NCBI GenBank assembly: GCA_013821985.1
Contig: PNJQ01000009.1
Location: 840 to 64,839, forward strand
From: Opitutus sp.
Lineage (GTDB): Bacteria; Verrucomicrobiota; Verrucomicrobiia; Opitutales; Opitutaceae
DNA: 64,000 bases
Reading direction: 5' to 3'
Shown: piece after piece, positions 55,804 through 64,000 of the stretch
Numbering within the stretch: position 1 is the stretch's first letter
How the letters are laid out: each line of letters begins with the position of its first letter
Notes under the pieces: model-generated
Seen by the model: only the letters and a program-made list of their open reading frames with translations
Database searches by the model: none
What the model was told of the DNA's origin: nothing
Translations under genes and position numbers: made by a program

Positions 55804-58221
55804 TCAGAGTGTATCGACGTAAGCGCGGATCGCTTCGAACTGGCTCGCGCCGTCCAAGCCCGCTTCGGCCATCACCATGGCGCCCGAACCACTGCCGAGA
55901 AAGTGCCCACGGTGGAACGGATGCAGCGTGTGCGCACGTCCATGATCGGAGCGGATCCAACGCATCATCGTCGCGAGCGTGAAATCCGTGATGCCCATCG
56001 CCTCCTGTTGATGCGCTTCGGGAAAGATCTCGGCGCGTTTTGCGACGGGCAACGCGTCGAACAATTCGGTCGAAGTAACGACATAGACGTTCGGATCGAT
56101 GCCCTTGCCGATGAGGCGCGGCAGCGTCTGGAAAACGAACGCGTTCGCGACGCCCGTGCCTTGCAGCACGATCGTGCCATGCCGGCCCTCGCGACTCGTG
56201 CGGAGGCGATAGACGCCTTGCGCGGCGTCACTCGCCGGCGCGAGGCCGAGCGCCTCGCGATCGGCAACGATCTCCGGCGGACGCGTGACGAACGGTGCGA
56301 TGACCGCGGGTCGTTGCGCGAGCGCGGCCGACACGAGATACCAAATCTCCTGCGGATCCCACGGCGTCAGCGTCACCATGCCGCCCGGAGGGAAATTATC
56401 CTGCAGCAGTTGCAACGATTGCGGGTCGGCGTGCGTCGGACCGTCTTCGCCGGTTTTGAGGCCGGCGTGCGCACACACGATGAAGAACGGCCGATTCGCG
56501 CCGCCCTCGAGCGAGATGCGCGCGTGATTGCCGATGGCGTGCAGGCGCGCGGCAATGTGCCCGAGCGGCGCGCTAAACGCGGCATACGACGAACCCGCGC
56601 CCGTGTGGTGTCCGAACGTCGCGATGCCCGCGAGCATGGCCGTCATCGCGTCTTCGGCGATGCCGCCGGTCGCAAGTTGCCGCGATGCGGGATTCGTCCG
56701 CCGGTGATAGAAGCCGGTGCCGAATCCCTCGACCGCTTTGTTGATGCTGGTCGAGCCGAGCAAGTCGGCCGCGGCGATCACGAGTGCGCCGTTCGTCACC
56801 TTGTTGTAGTGATGGAACACGCGCCCGAGTTCGTCGCGCAGCGTCGTCTTCGTGCCCGGCGCTAACTTTAGCTGCGCGGGGATTTCATGCTGGGCCTGCG
56901 CGGCCACGGGGAATGCTTCCGCAATGCGCGGTGCATCGGGGCGCGCGTGCAGCGCGCGCCGGTTGAGCCGGTCACGCGATGCGCGCAGCTTCAGGGCAAA
57001 CGTGTCCACCAGCGTCGGACGATCGACGAGTGCGGCGCGCACGGCTTGGAGGGCTTCCCAGTAACATTGTTCGGCCACGGTGGCGTCGCTGCCGGCCTGG
57101 CAGCGTTGCGAACCCGGTTCGCAGCACGGGAGTGGCGGTTGCGCGGCGCCGAGCAGCGGCGCGACGGCGTTGTGGAAACCGACCGAGCACAACGCATGAC
57201 CCGCGCCGTGGGAGAGGCGGCCCTCGATGCCGTATTTCCAGCCTTTGACCGTGCGATAAACGATTGCCGTCGGCTGGCCGTTGTCGAAGGAGCGCGCGAG
57301 ACGCTGTGCCATCGCAATCTGCTGCCAGTCGAAACCGTCCGGGACATAGACGACGTTCCAGTCGTGGAGATAGGCGAGTTCCGCCGGCGTCCATTGCACA
57401 TAATCGCCGGGGGTCGCGCCGTCGCGGCAAACGCGATTCGAGTCAATCGAAGCCTGGTTCCAATCGATGTGCAGCACGACGTTGCCCAGCGACGCGGTGC
57501 CCGCGGTTGCGAGTGCTTCCGCGACGCGGCCGGGCGTGAGCCCACCCTCGCCTTCGACGATGTGCACGTGCGGCGCATCCTCGCCGTAAACGTCCGCTGC
57601 GGCCCACGCGAGGCCGAGCGAGGCCGGCAGGCCCACGCCGGACGCGCCGGTCGAGAGCCGCACGAACGGCGTCGCGGGCGTCGGGTGGCCATCGAGCGCT
57701 TTGGCGTCGAATTGTTTAAACAGCGGTGTGGCGGCGCCGGGGTTGCGGCGGAAGCCGAGCAAGTCCTCGAGACGCAGCTGGAATTTTTCGTCGCTCGGCA
57801 ACAACTCCGGAGCCGCGATGCGTGCGACTTCGTTGCGCAATGCCCACAGCGCATAGAGTCCGAGGGCCTTGTGGCCCGCGGCGTAGCTGACGAGATCGGC
57901 GTCATCGCGCGACGGTTGCGCGAGATCGTAGTCCATCGCGCCGCCGAACAGCAGCGAAGATACGAAGCGCCCCGACGAGATCGATCCGCCCGGATGACCG
58001 GAAAGCGGCACGTAGTTATACATCACCGCGCAAAGCGTGCGATAGATGAGATCGAATTGCTCGCGCTGTTCGACTTCGTTCGCGGTGAGCGGCGGTCCCT
58101 CGACCGTGAGACGCTCCGCCGCATCGAGGTAGATTCCGCGCCGCGGTCCGAACGCGAGGCTCGAGGCGGAGGCGCGCATCAGGTCGGTGGCGGGTGGGAT
58201 GACTGGCGTGTGCGTTAGCAT
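55804..58221 (-). CDS. Atypical single-chain transketolase-like ThDP enzyme
   Basis: SGHPGG, GHK, DGHP, GEG...DWN, TVKG, SHG, ADL..S, GIAEDAM, GEDGPTH. Confidence 0.88.
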   Translation of the reverse strand: MLTHTPVIPPATDLMRASASSLAFGPRRGIYLDAAERLTVEGPPLTANEVEQREQFDLIYRTLCAVMYNYVPLSGHPGGSISSGRFVSSLLFGGAMDYDLAQPSRDDADLVSYAAGHKALGLYALWALRNEVARIAAPELLPSDEKFQLRLEDLLGFRRNPGAATPLFKQFDAKALDGHPTPATPFVRLSTGASGVGLPASLGLAWAAADVYGEDAPHVHIVEGEGGLTPGRVAEALATAGTASLGNVVLHIDWNQASIDSNRVCRDGATPGDYVQWTPAELAYLHDWNVVYVPDGFDWQQIAMAQRLARSFDNGQPTAIVYRTVKGWKYGIEGRLSHGAGHALCSVGFHNAVAPLLGAAQPPLPCCEPGSQRCQAGSDATVAEQCYWEALQAVRAALVDRPTLVDTFALKLRASRDRLNRRALHARPDAPRIAEAFPVAAQAQHEIPAQLKLAPGTKTTLRDELGRVFHHYNKVTNGALVIAAADLLGSTSINKAVEGFGTGFYHRRTNPASRQLATGGIAEDAMTAMLAGIATFGHHTGAGSSYAAFSAPLGHIAARLHAIGNHARISLEGGANRPFFIVCAHAGLKTGEDGPTHADPQSLQLLQDNFPPGGMVTLTPWDPQEIWYLVSAALAQRPAVIAPFVTRPPEIVADREALGLAPASDAAQGVYRLRTSREGRHGTIVLQGTGVANAFVFQTLPRLIGKGIDPNVYVVTSTELFDALPVAKRAEIFPEAHQQEAMGITDFTLATMMRWIRSDHGRAHTLHPFHRGHFLGSGSGAMVMAEAGLDGASQFEAIRAYVDTL

Positions 58222-59591
58222 AGGTGCGCTCCTTCTTGGATGAATTGGCGGAAACCTTCGTGGTCACTCGAGGCCGCGCGGATGCGTTCGAGGCCGAGCT
58301 TCAAATCGGCCGCGGCCGTCGCGATCGAGAAACGCAGGTAGTGCATCCCGTCGGAGCCGATACGGCCGAACGAGCGGCGGTCCATCGTCGCGACTTGGTA
58401 GCGCCAGAGCAGGAACATCTGCACGAGGGTGGCGGGACTGGTCTTCTCGCGCAGCGCCGCCGGCATTTCCGCGTAGGCCGCGAGCGCCCCGATGTTCTCC
58501 GCAAAGCCGGAGATGTTCGGGAACAGATAAAACGCGCCACCGGGCGTGCGACACGAAATGCCCGGGATGGCGTTGAGGCCCGCAACCATGAAGTCGCGCC
58601 GCTCGAGAAACGAAGCGCGCATGCGCGCCTGCTCGCCGACGCTGAGCGGCGATTCGAGCGCGACCGCCGCGCCCATCTGGTTGTAGGCGGGGATGCAGGA
58701 AAAATAATTTATGTTCAGGTTCTTGAACGCTGCGGCTTCCTCGGCCGTCGGGAACACCGCCCAGCCGACGCGCCCGCCGGTCCACGCGAAGGACTTCGAA
58801 ACACCGCTGACGATCAGCGTGCGCTCCTCCATGCCCGGCACCGATGCGATCGAGTGATGCTCGTTACCGTCGAAGAGAATATCTTCGTAGATCTCGTCGG
58901 AATAGACGCGGCAGTTTGCCGGCGCGCACCGCTGGATGACCTCCGCGATTTCCGCGAGTTGGTCGCGCGTCGCGACTCCGCCCGTAGGATTCGAGGGAAA
59001 GTTAAGATAAATCAGCCGCGTGCGCGGCGTGATGAGCCGTTCGAGTTCCGCGCCGCCGAAGCTGAAGCCCGCCTCCTCGCGCAGGTGCAGCGGCACGGGC
59101 TTCGCATCGATGAACGAGATGAACGATTCGTAGATGGGAAACCCCGGGCTCGGATAAATGATTTCGTCACCCGGATTGCAGTAAGCCTGTTGCGCGAGAC
59201 CGATCGGCGGCTTGCCGCCCGGGAACACGACCACGCGATCCGGCGTGATGGTCAGGCCGCGGCGCGCCGACACCGTGCGGGCAATCGACTCGCGCAGTGG
59301 CAGCACCCCCTGCGGATCGCAGTAGTGCGTCGCGTCGAGGTCGAGCTGGCGCTTGATCTCATCGACGATGTGCTTCGCGAGTGGGAAGTCAGGCTCGCCG
59401 ATGTTGCACTTGATGACCTTGTGTCCCGCCAGTTCGAGCTCGCGGATCTGCGGTCCGATGCGGAAGGCGTTTTCGCTGCCGAGCGAAAGCAGGCGGTCGG
59501 AGAAGAGGCCGGCGGGCAACCGCGGTGAGGTGGGGCGAACCGCAGTGGCGGTCTCGCGAGAAGTAACAGAAGGAGCCAGCAAAGAGCTCAT
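58215..59591 (-). CDS. Class I/II PLP-dependent aminotransferase
   Basis: GEPDF, PGFPIY, NFPSNPTG, SDEIY, SKSFAWTGGRVG, GAFYLFP, LRFS; overlaps the transketolase start. Confidence 0.92.
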   Translation of the reverse strand: MSSLLAPSVTSRETATAVRPTSPRLPAGLFSDRLLSLGSENAFRIGPQIRELELAGHKVIKCNIGEPDFPLAKHIVDEIKRQLDLDATHYCDPQGVLPLRESIARTVSARRGLTITPDRVVVFPGGKPPIGLAQQAYCNPGDEIIYPSPGFPIYESFISFIDAKPVPLHLREEAGFSFGGAELERLITPRTRLIYLNFPSNPTGGVATRDQLAEIAEVIQRCAPANCRVYSDEIYEDILFDGNEHHSIASVPGMEERTLIVSGVSKSFAWTGGRVGWAVFPTAEEAAAFKNLNINYFSCIPAYNQMGAAVALESPLSVGEQARMRASFLERRDFMVAGLNAIPGISCRTPGGAFYLFPNISGFAENIGALAAYAEMPAALREKTSPATLVQMFLLWRYQVATMDRRSFGRIGSDGMHYLRFSIATAAADLKLGLERIRAASSDHEGFRQFIQEGAHLC

Positions 59592-59760
59592 GGGAGCGGG
59601 AGTCGGAGGTTGTGGGGGAGCCCGCGCCAACAGCCTGCGCGGAGTGCGCCCAGTGTCATACAAACGCGCCTCCGGCACTTGCGGCCCGTTGCGGAATCCC
59701 GCGCGTTTCTTGGCAAAGGCAGCTACGCCGTTTGGGTGAGCGCGCTCCCGACGCACCACC

Positions 59761-60960
59761 TCAAATTTCGTCGCGTCCGAGCCAGCGAAAATAGACGACG
59801 ACGTAGCGGTAACCGAAGGCGCCGGCTGGGGCAGACGTGCGCTGCACGAGAGCTTCGCAGTAGGCGAAGGCCGTCACTGAGTTCGCGTCGCTCGGGGCAA
59901 GTGCCGGGTTCAGCGTTTCGCCATACGCTCGCACCAGAAAAGTGTCGCCACGGACTCCGAGGATTGGCGCGAGGTGGCTGAGAATCATCGCGGCATTCGT
60001 CGCCCCGCAGGCGGGGTTCGACGCGAGCTTGTGCTGAAAGTTCGAGAGCGAGCGAAAGGGTCGCTCCGCGTCGCGAATGGCGGCGAACGCAGTCGCGCTG
60101 CTCACGGTCAGAGGCAGGTTGTCGAGGTAGGCGCTCCACGCGAGCTGAGCGCGCGAGTTGGCGTTGAAGCTCCCCGGAATCAGCTCCGGTGCGCCCAGGG
60201 CCGCGAAATGAAGCCGCGGGGCCGCGGCGGTCGCGACGGACCAAAGCGTGTTGTTCATCGTGTTGCCGTTCACGTTGAACGGCGCGAGCAGCAGCTGATC
60301 GACCGTGAGAAGTTTCGTGCGCGCGGCATTCGTCGATGCCGCGACGATCGTCGGGACCACCGCTTGCGTGCGCGGCACGGGGTAAGTGGCGAAGCCCGAC
60401 GGTGGCGCGAAATCGGTGCGGACGTTCATGCTCACCTTGAGACTCTCGTCGCCTACCCAATACGCGTAGCGCCCGAGCGTGCGAACGCCCGTCTCGCCGG
60501 GCCGCACGGCGTCGATCGGCACCTTGCGCACCTTCACGTGTTCGCTGGGGGCGAGGTTTCGCTGAAGCAGGAAGATATCATCGGCACTCGTCAGCGCCAT
60601 GTCCGGCGCAAGGGCAAGCGGCACGTTCTCGTTTCCGCTCACGAGCCAGGTCACGGCGCCACCGGCATCGCTATCGTTCCACACGCCGGTCCAAGCCGGC
60701 GAGCTCCACGTGCCGCCGGCCACGTCGGCCCGCGCGGTCACCACGCCGGTTCCGCCGGTGTAGCGTTGCAGCTGACCGAGGGCGAGCCGCACGGCGAGGC
60801 GGGTATTGGCGCGCGCCTGGGCCAGTTCCGTCGCGTTCGCCGCGGCTTGCGTCTCGAGGCGGACGACCGCAACGAGGCCGAACAGCAACAACAACACGAG
60901 ACTGAGCAAGGCGAGCGTGAGGAGCAGCGCGAAGCCGTGGAGAGGACGAGACGCGGTCAT
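59761..60960 (-). CDS. PilX/GspK-like minor pilin (short form)
   Basis: GFALLLTL (no Glu5), ALGQLQ, WTGVW, WLVSG, GRYAYWVGDE, RGDTF.VRAYGE, FRWL..DEI. Confidence 0.78.
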   Translation of the reverse strand: MTASRPLHGFALLLTLALLSLVLLLLFGLVAVVRLETQAAANATELAQARANTRLAVRLALGQLQRYTGGTGVVTARADVAGGTWSSPAWTGVWNDSDAGGAVTWLVSGNENVPLALAPDMALTSADDIFLLQRNLAPSEHVKVRKVPIDAVRPGETGVRTLGRYAYWVGDESLKVSMNVRTDFAPPSGFATYPVPRTQAVVPTIVAASTNAARTKLLTVDQLLLAPFNVNGNTMNNTLWSVATAAAPRLHFAALGAPELIPGSFNANSRAQLAWSAYLDNLPLTVSSATAFAAIRDAERPFRSLSNFQHKLASNPACGATNAAMILSHLAPILGVRGDTFLVRAYGETLNPALAPSDANSVTAFAYCEALVQRTSAPAGAFGYRYVVVYFRWLGRDEI

Positions 60961-61913
60961 GAGGCCCCCTGCGTGAGCACGACGCGGCGGGAGTAAACGT
61001 GCGAATGGCGCGCGACGATTTCCCACCATGTGCCCGTGCGCACGAGGCCAGGAGGTGGACTCTCGAAGTTGCGCAACAGCCGCACGCCTTCCTCGGTCAG
61101 AATGCGAATCATGATTTCCGCGACTTCCGGCTGAGCCGTGTCGGTCGTGCCGGTGGCGCCGAGGCGGACGAGGTGCACGAGTTCCGCATTGGACCATTCG
61201 CCCGCGGACGTCGCCGGGAAAAGCGGTTTCAGCCCGTCGGGGCCGAGACGAAAAAAGCGCACGCCGAAATCCACCACGTGATCCGCGAGCACCGTGTCGA
61301 GCGGCGGACGGATGACGTTGCCGGCATTTCCGGTGGTCGCGCTCGCCGTGCGGTAGCCGCCGCCCGCGGGGTCGAGATTATAGCCCGCCGCAAACGTGTT
61401 CGCGTCGCTCACGACCGAACGGAATAGCAAATAGCCGACCTCGGCTCCGGGCGCGCTCGACTGCGCGCGGCGCACGATCTGGTAAGCGACCGCGCGCAGA
61501 TTTGCCGTGCTCTGCCCTCCCACGTCAGTGAAAAAACGCAACCACGTGCCGCCGACGCCGAAGCGGTCGTCCTCGATGGAAGGCGCCGTGAGCACCAACG
61601 AGTCGGTGGCGGGGCGACTCGCGCTCGAGTTGAGCCAGCTCCCGGAATTGGTCGTCGTCGTGAGCACGGAAGCGGCAAGCCAGACGTTGCCATCCTCGCG
61701 GAACACCGCGCCTTGCAAGTCACTTTCGATCTGGTCCAGCACCGCCCGCGCCGTCGCCGCCGTCGCGACGCGACCGCTCGCACGGGTCCAAAGCGACGAC
61801 GCCGAAATCGCGACCGAGAGCAAGAGCGCGACCACGAAGGCGCCGACTGTGACCGCGACGAGCAGTTCGAGCAGCGTGAACGCGCGCGACGAGGGTGGAC
61901 GGAACGATGTCAT
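60957..61913 (-). CDS. PilW/GspJ-like pseudopilin
   Basis: AFTLLELLVA prepilin motif; A...LD.I..DLQ; ATGA overlap. Confidence 0.82.
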   Translation of the reverse strand: MTSFRPPSSRAFTLLELLVAVTVGAFVVALLLSVAISASSLWTRASGRVATAATARAVLDQIESDLQGAVFREDGNVWLAASVLTTTTNSGSWLNSSASRPATDSLVLTAPSIEDDRFGVGGTWLRFFTDVGGQSTANLRAVAYQIVRRAQSSAPGAEVGYLLFRSVVSDANTFAAGYNLDPAGGGYRTASATTGNAGNVIRPPLDTVLADHVVDFGVRFFRLGPDGLKPLFPATSAGEWSNAELVHLVRLGATGTTDTAQPEVAEIMIRILTEEGVRLLRNFESPPPGLVRTGTWWEIVARHSHVYSRRVVLTQGAS

Positions 61914-62368
61914 CGCAACAGGACGTGAGTGAGCTGGATGGCGGAGCGCTCCGCCGCGCCCGCCGGCCATTCGACCCGCAGCAGCACCGCGACACCGCGT
62001 CCGGTGGCGTCACCGGCGGATGGGCTCACGTTTTCCACGCGGTGAACTGTCACAGCGTAGAAGCGGGCGCTCGCTGCCACTGCGCCGCCCCACCCCGACC
62101 GGTTGCCGTCGTGCGATTCAAAAAAACGATTCTCCTCCGCCGGCTCAGCGGTTGCCGCCGTGAGACGCGCCGTGGCCGCGCTGAAGCCGAGGCGTTCGAG
62201 TTCGGCCACGCCAGACGCGAGCGCACGTTCGGCACCGTGCCGGTCCGAGGCTTCGCCCACCATTTTGACTGCTGCCGCCATCAAACCGAGGACCACCGTG
62301 ACTCCCATCGCGACCACGCCGATCGCAATCACCACTTCGATCAGACTGAAACTGCGGCAGCGTGTCAT
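61910..62368 (-). CDS. PilV/GspI-like pseudopilin
   Basis: SFSLIEVVIAIGV; V.WP near the C-terminus. Confidence 0.8.
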   Translation of the reverse strand: MTRCRSFSLIEVVIAIGVVAMGVTVVLGLMAAAVKMVGEASDRHGAERALASGVAELERLGFSAATARLTAATAEPAEENRFFESHDGNRSGWGGAVAASARFYAVTVHRVENVSPSAGDATGRGVAVLLRVEWPAGAAERSAIQLTHVLLR

Positions 62369-62997
62369 GGGATGCTCGCTGCTTCCTTGAAGAGCGTCGC
62401 CACGCCCGACCCGCGCACCAAAAAGCAGCGCACCTGGTCCGGGGAGTTGAAGGTGAAGGCGAGCGCCTGGCGCTCGACGATCGAGAACACGAGCTTCGGA
62501 TTCCCGAAGAGGCCGCCCGACGCGGAAAATTCCAAGTAGCCGTAATGACCCGGCGGCAGACCGGCGGGGGCGATGGCCGCCGTCGCACTCCATCGGCTCA
62601 CGACCTGGGCCGGCCAGGCGACTCCGCTCGCGGCGGGCACAGACGACTCCGGCACGATCCGCACTTGGGCGCCGAGGCGCAGCGGCGGCGCCAACAAATT
62701 CCAACTGCCGTCGGAGCGGTCCTGCGCGAGCAACGCCACGAGCGCGAGCCGCTCGTCGGGGTTCGCCGAATCGAGATTCACGACGAGTCGCACGGGGCGG
62801 CCGAGTTTGATCGCAGTCGAGCGAGCCAGCGTGAGCTTTGCCCCGAGCGCGCTCTCGGTCTGGCGCATTGCGACGCCGCTCGTGGAGGAATAGCCGCGCA
62901 ACATGAGTGCGGCCAATCCCGCGATCAGTCCGCTGACCACCAGCAGCTCCAGCAACGTAAACCCCGACGTCGTGCGGCTGGGTGCGGTCACGCTCAT
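62365..62997 (-). CDS. FimT/GspH-like pseudopilin
   Basis: GFTLLELLVV; L..AR..A; F...G. Confidence 0.8.
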   Translation of the reverse strand: MSVTAPSRTTSGFTLLELLVVSGLIAGLAALMLRGYSSTSGVAMRQTESALGAKLTLARSTAIKLGRPVRLVVNLDSANPDERLALVALLAQDRSDGSWNLLAPPLRLGAQVRIVPESSVPAASGVAWPAQVVSRWSATAAIAPAGLPPGHYGYLEFSASGGLFGNPKLVFSIVERQALAFTFNSPDQVRCFLVRGSGVATLFKEAASIP

Positions 62998-63755
62998 TTC
63001 CAACTGAAGATGAACTCCGGCATGGCCGATGTGGCGTGCGGATGGGCGCAATAGAAGATTGCCCCGGCGCGCACGCCGCTTGCCGGGAAGTCGGTCGTTG
63101 GGCCGCCGGCCGTCGGCCGCGCAGTCGTGCCGTCGCTCAGCGCGACCGCGGGGAAGGTTGCGTAGTCAGTAGCATCGATTTTTCCGTCGAGGTTTTTGTC
63201 CACCAGCACGGCGATCGAGAGATTTTCGAATGCGTCCCTGAGCAGATAGGGAAACGGGCCGTCGGGGGCGGTGAATTCGCTGTCGCCGAAGGAATGGAAC
63301 GCGATGCGCTTGCGGTTCTGGTTTCCCGCCGACGTGGACGCGGTCGTGCCCGGCGCGGTGCCGTCGCGCTTCTTGCCTGCGAGCAGGTCGTGGAACAAGT
63401 GATCGCCGCTCAGCGTCGTTGGGGCGCCACCGTTGACGAGGTTGCTCGCATCGAATGTCGGATAGTAGCCGTATTCGCTCCGGAACGATTCGATGGCCGC
63501 GACCCATTGGCTGAACTGCACTTTTGTTTTCGCGCGGTTCGCGGCTTTGCGCGCCGCGCCCACGCTTGGAAAGATCAACGCGGCGAGAATGCCGATGATG
63601 GTGATGACAGTGAGAAGTTCGAGGAGGGTGAACGCGCCTTGGCCAAGGCCGCGGCGGATCGACCTGCCCCGGCGCTTGGCGCCACCCTTCTCTCGAGCGG
63701 AGCAGGTGGCGTCGATGGCCAAGCGCGGAGGGCTGAACGCGGAAAACTTCATCAA
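62994..63755 (-). CDS. Type II secretion/type IV pilin-like protein (GspG-like)
   Basis: GAFTLLELLTVITIIGILAAL; AIE.F..EYG.YP; D.F.N. Confidence 0.85.
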   Translation of the reverse strand: MMKFSAFSPPRLAIDATCSAREKGGAKRRGRSIRRGLGQGAFTLLELLTVITIIGILAALIFPSVGAARKAANRAKTKVQFSQWVAAIESFRSEYGYYPTFDASNLVNGGAPTTLSGDHLFHDLLAGKKRDGTAPGTTASTSAGNQNRKRIAFHSFGDSEFTAPDGPFPYLLRDAFENLSIAVLVDKNLDGKIDATDYATFPAVALSDGTTARPTAGGPTTDFPASGVRAGAIFYCAHPHATSAMPEFIFSWK

Positions 63756-64000
63756 TTCCGAAGCGCGTAAAGGTTATCGACGTTCGCGGCGGGCGCGCCG
63801 TCGGGGAAACCGCCCCCGAGCAACGCGGGCGAGTCCTCTCCGTCTGGTCCGGCGCTGTAGAGCACGAAAGATGGATTCGTCCACGGCGCCGGCGTCTTGT
63901 AGGCGTAGCGATAGGGCCGAAGCCACGGGTCGAGCAGCACGGCGCTCGCGTCGCTGAACGGATCGCAGGGCGTTTCGAGGGCGACGGCTCGCGCGATCGT
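63752..64000 (-). CDS. GspG-like pseudopilin, 3' part (starts beyond the window)
   Basis: LLDPW..PYRY...FVLYSAGPDG...DN C-terminal GspG motif. Confidence 0.8.
   Translation of the reverse strand, partial: TIARAVALETPCDPFSDASAVLLDPWLRPYRYAYKTPAPWTNPSFVLYSAGPDGEDSPALLGGGFPDGAPAANVDNLYALRN

Noticed and set aside
59592-59760. Riboswitch upstream of the aminotransferase/transketolase pair (e.g. TPP)
   Set aside because: No TPP (CTGAGA), SAM, glycine or other recognisable consensus found by eye.

Overview
GC-rich bacterial chromosomal segment. Gene content and style (Verrucomicrobia-type pseudopilin cluster, der/ffh/fmt/hemCD arrangement, C-rich leaders without Shine-Dalgarno) suggest Opitutae/Verrucomicrobiota; this is inference. 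About 62 CDS and two tRNAs (Val-TAC; a CAT-anticodon Met/Ile2). 1-19.5 kb is accessory metabolism, stress and transport (LysE, SRPBCC, AlkD-like, psuK-psuG, M20 peptidase, truncated globin, OPT transporter, GH55). 19.5-48.7 kb is mostly housekeeping (aspC, secG, parB, fmt, der, ffh, trpF, hemCD, asd, DinG/YoaA), interrupted by a secreted TPR-Sel1-DUF900-DUF900 operon. Downstream of the CAT tRNA lies a putative general-stress module: a soluble histidine kinase with an RsbU-N-like input domain, a NarL-type regulator, an ice-binding (DUF3494) autotransporter, a triple-BON protein, DUF3185 and DUF1328; two of its upstream regions share an 11-bp motif. Next come a coupled aminotransferase and atypical transketolase, then the 3' part of a type IV/T2SS pseudopilin cluster. 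Several families of short intergenic palindromic repeats occur. No CRISPR array, rRNA, integrase or transposase was seen. All family assignments come from motif recognition by eye, not database searches; many start codons were moved downstream of the ORF-track start.
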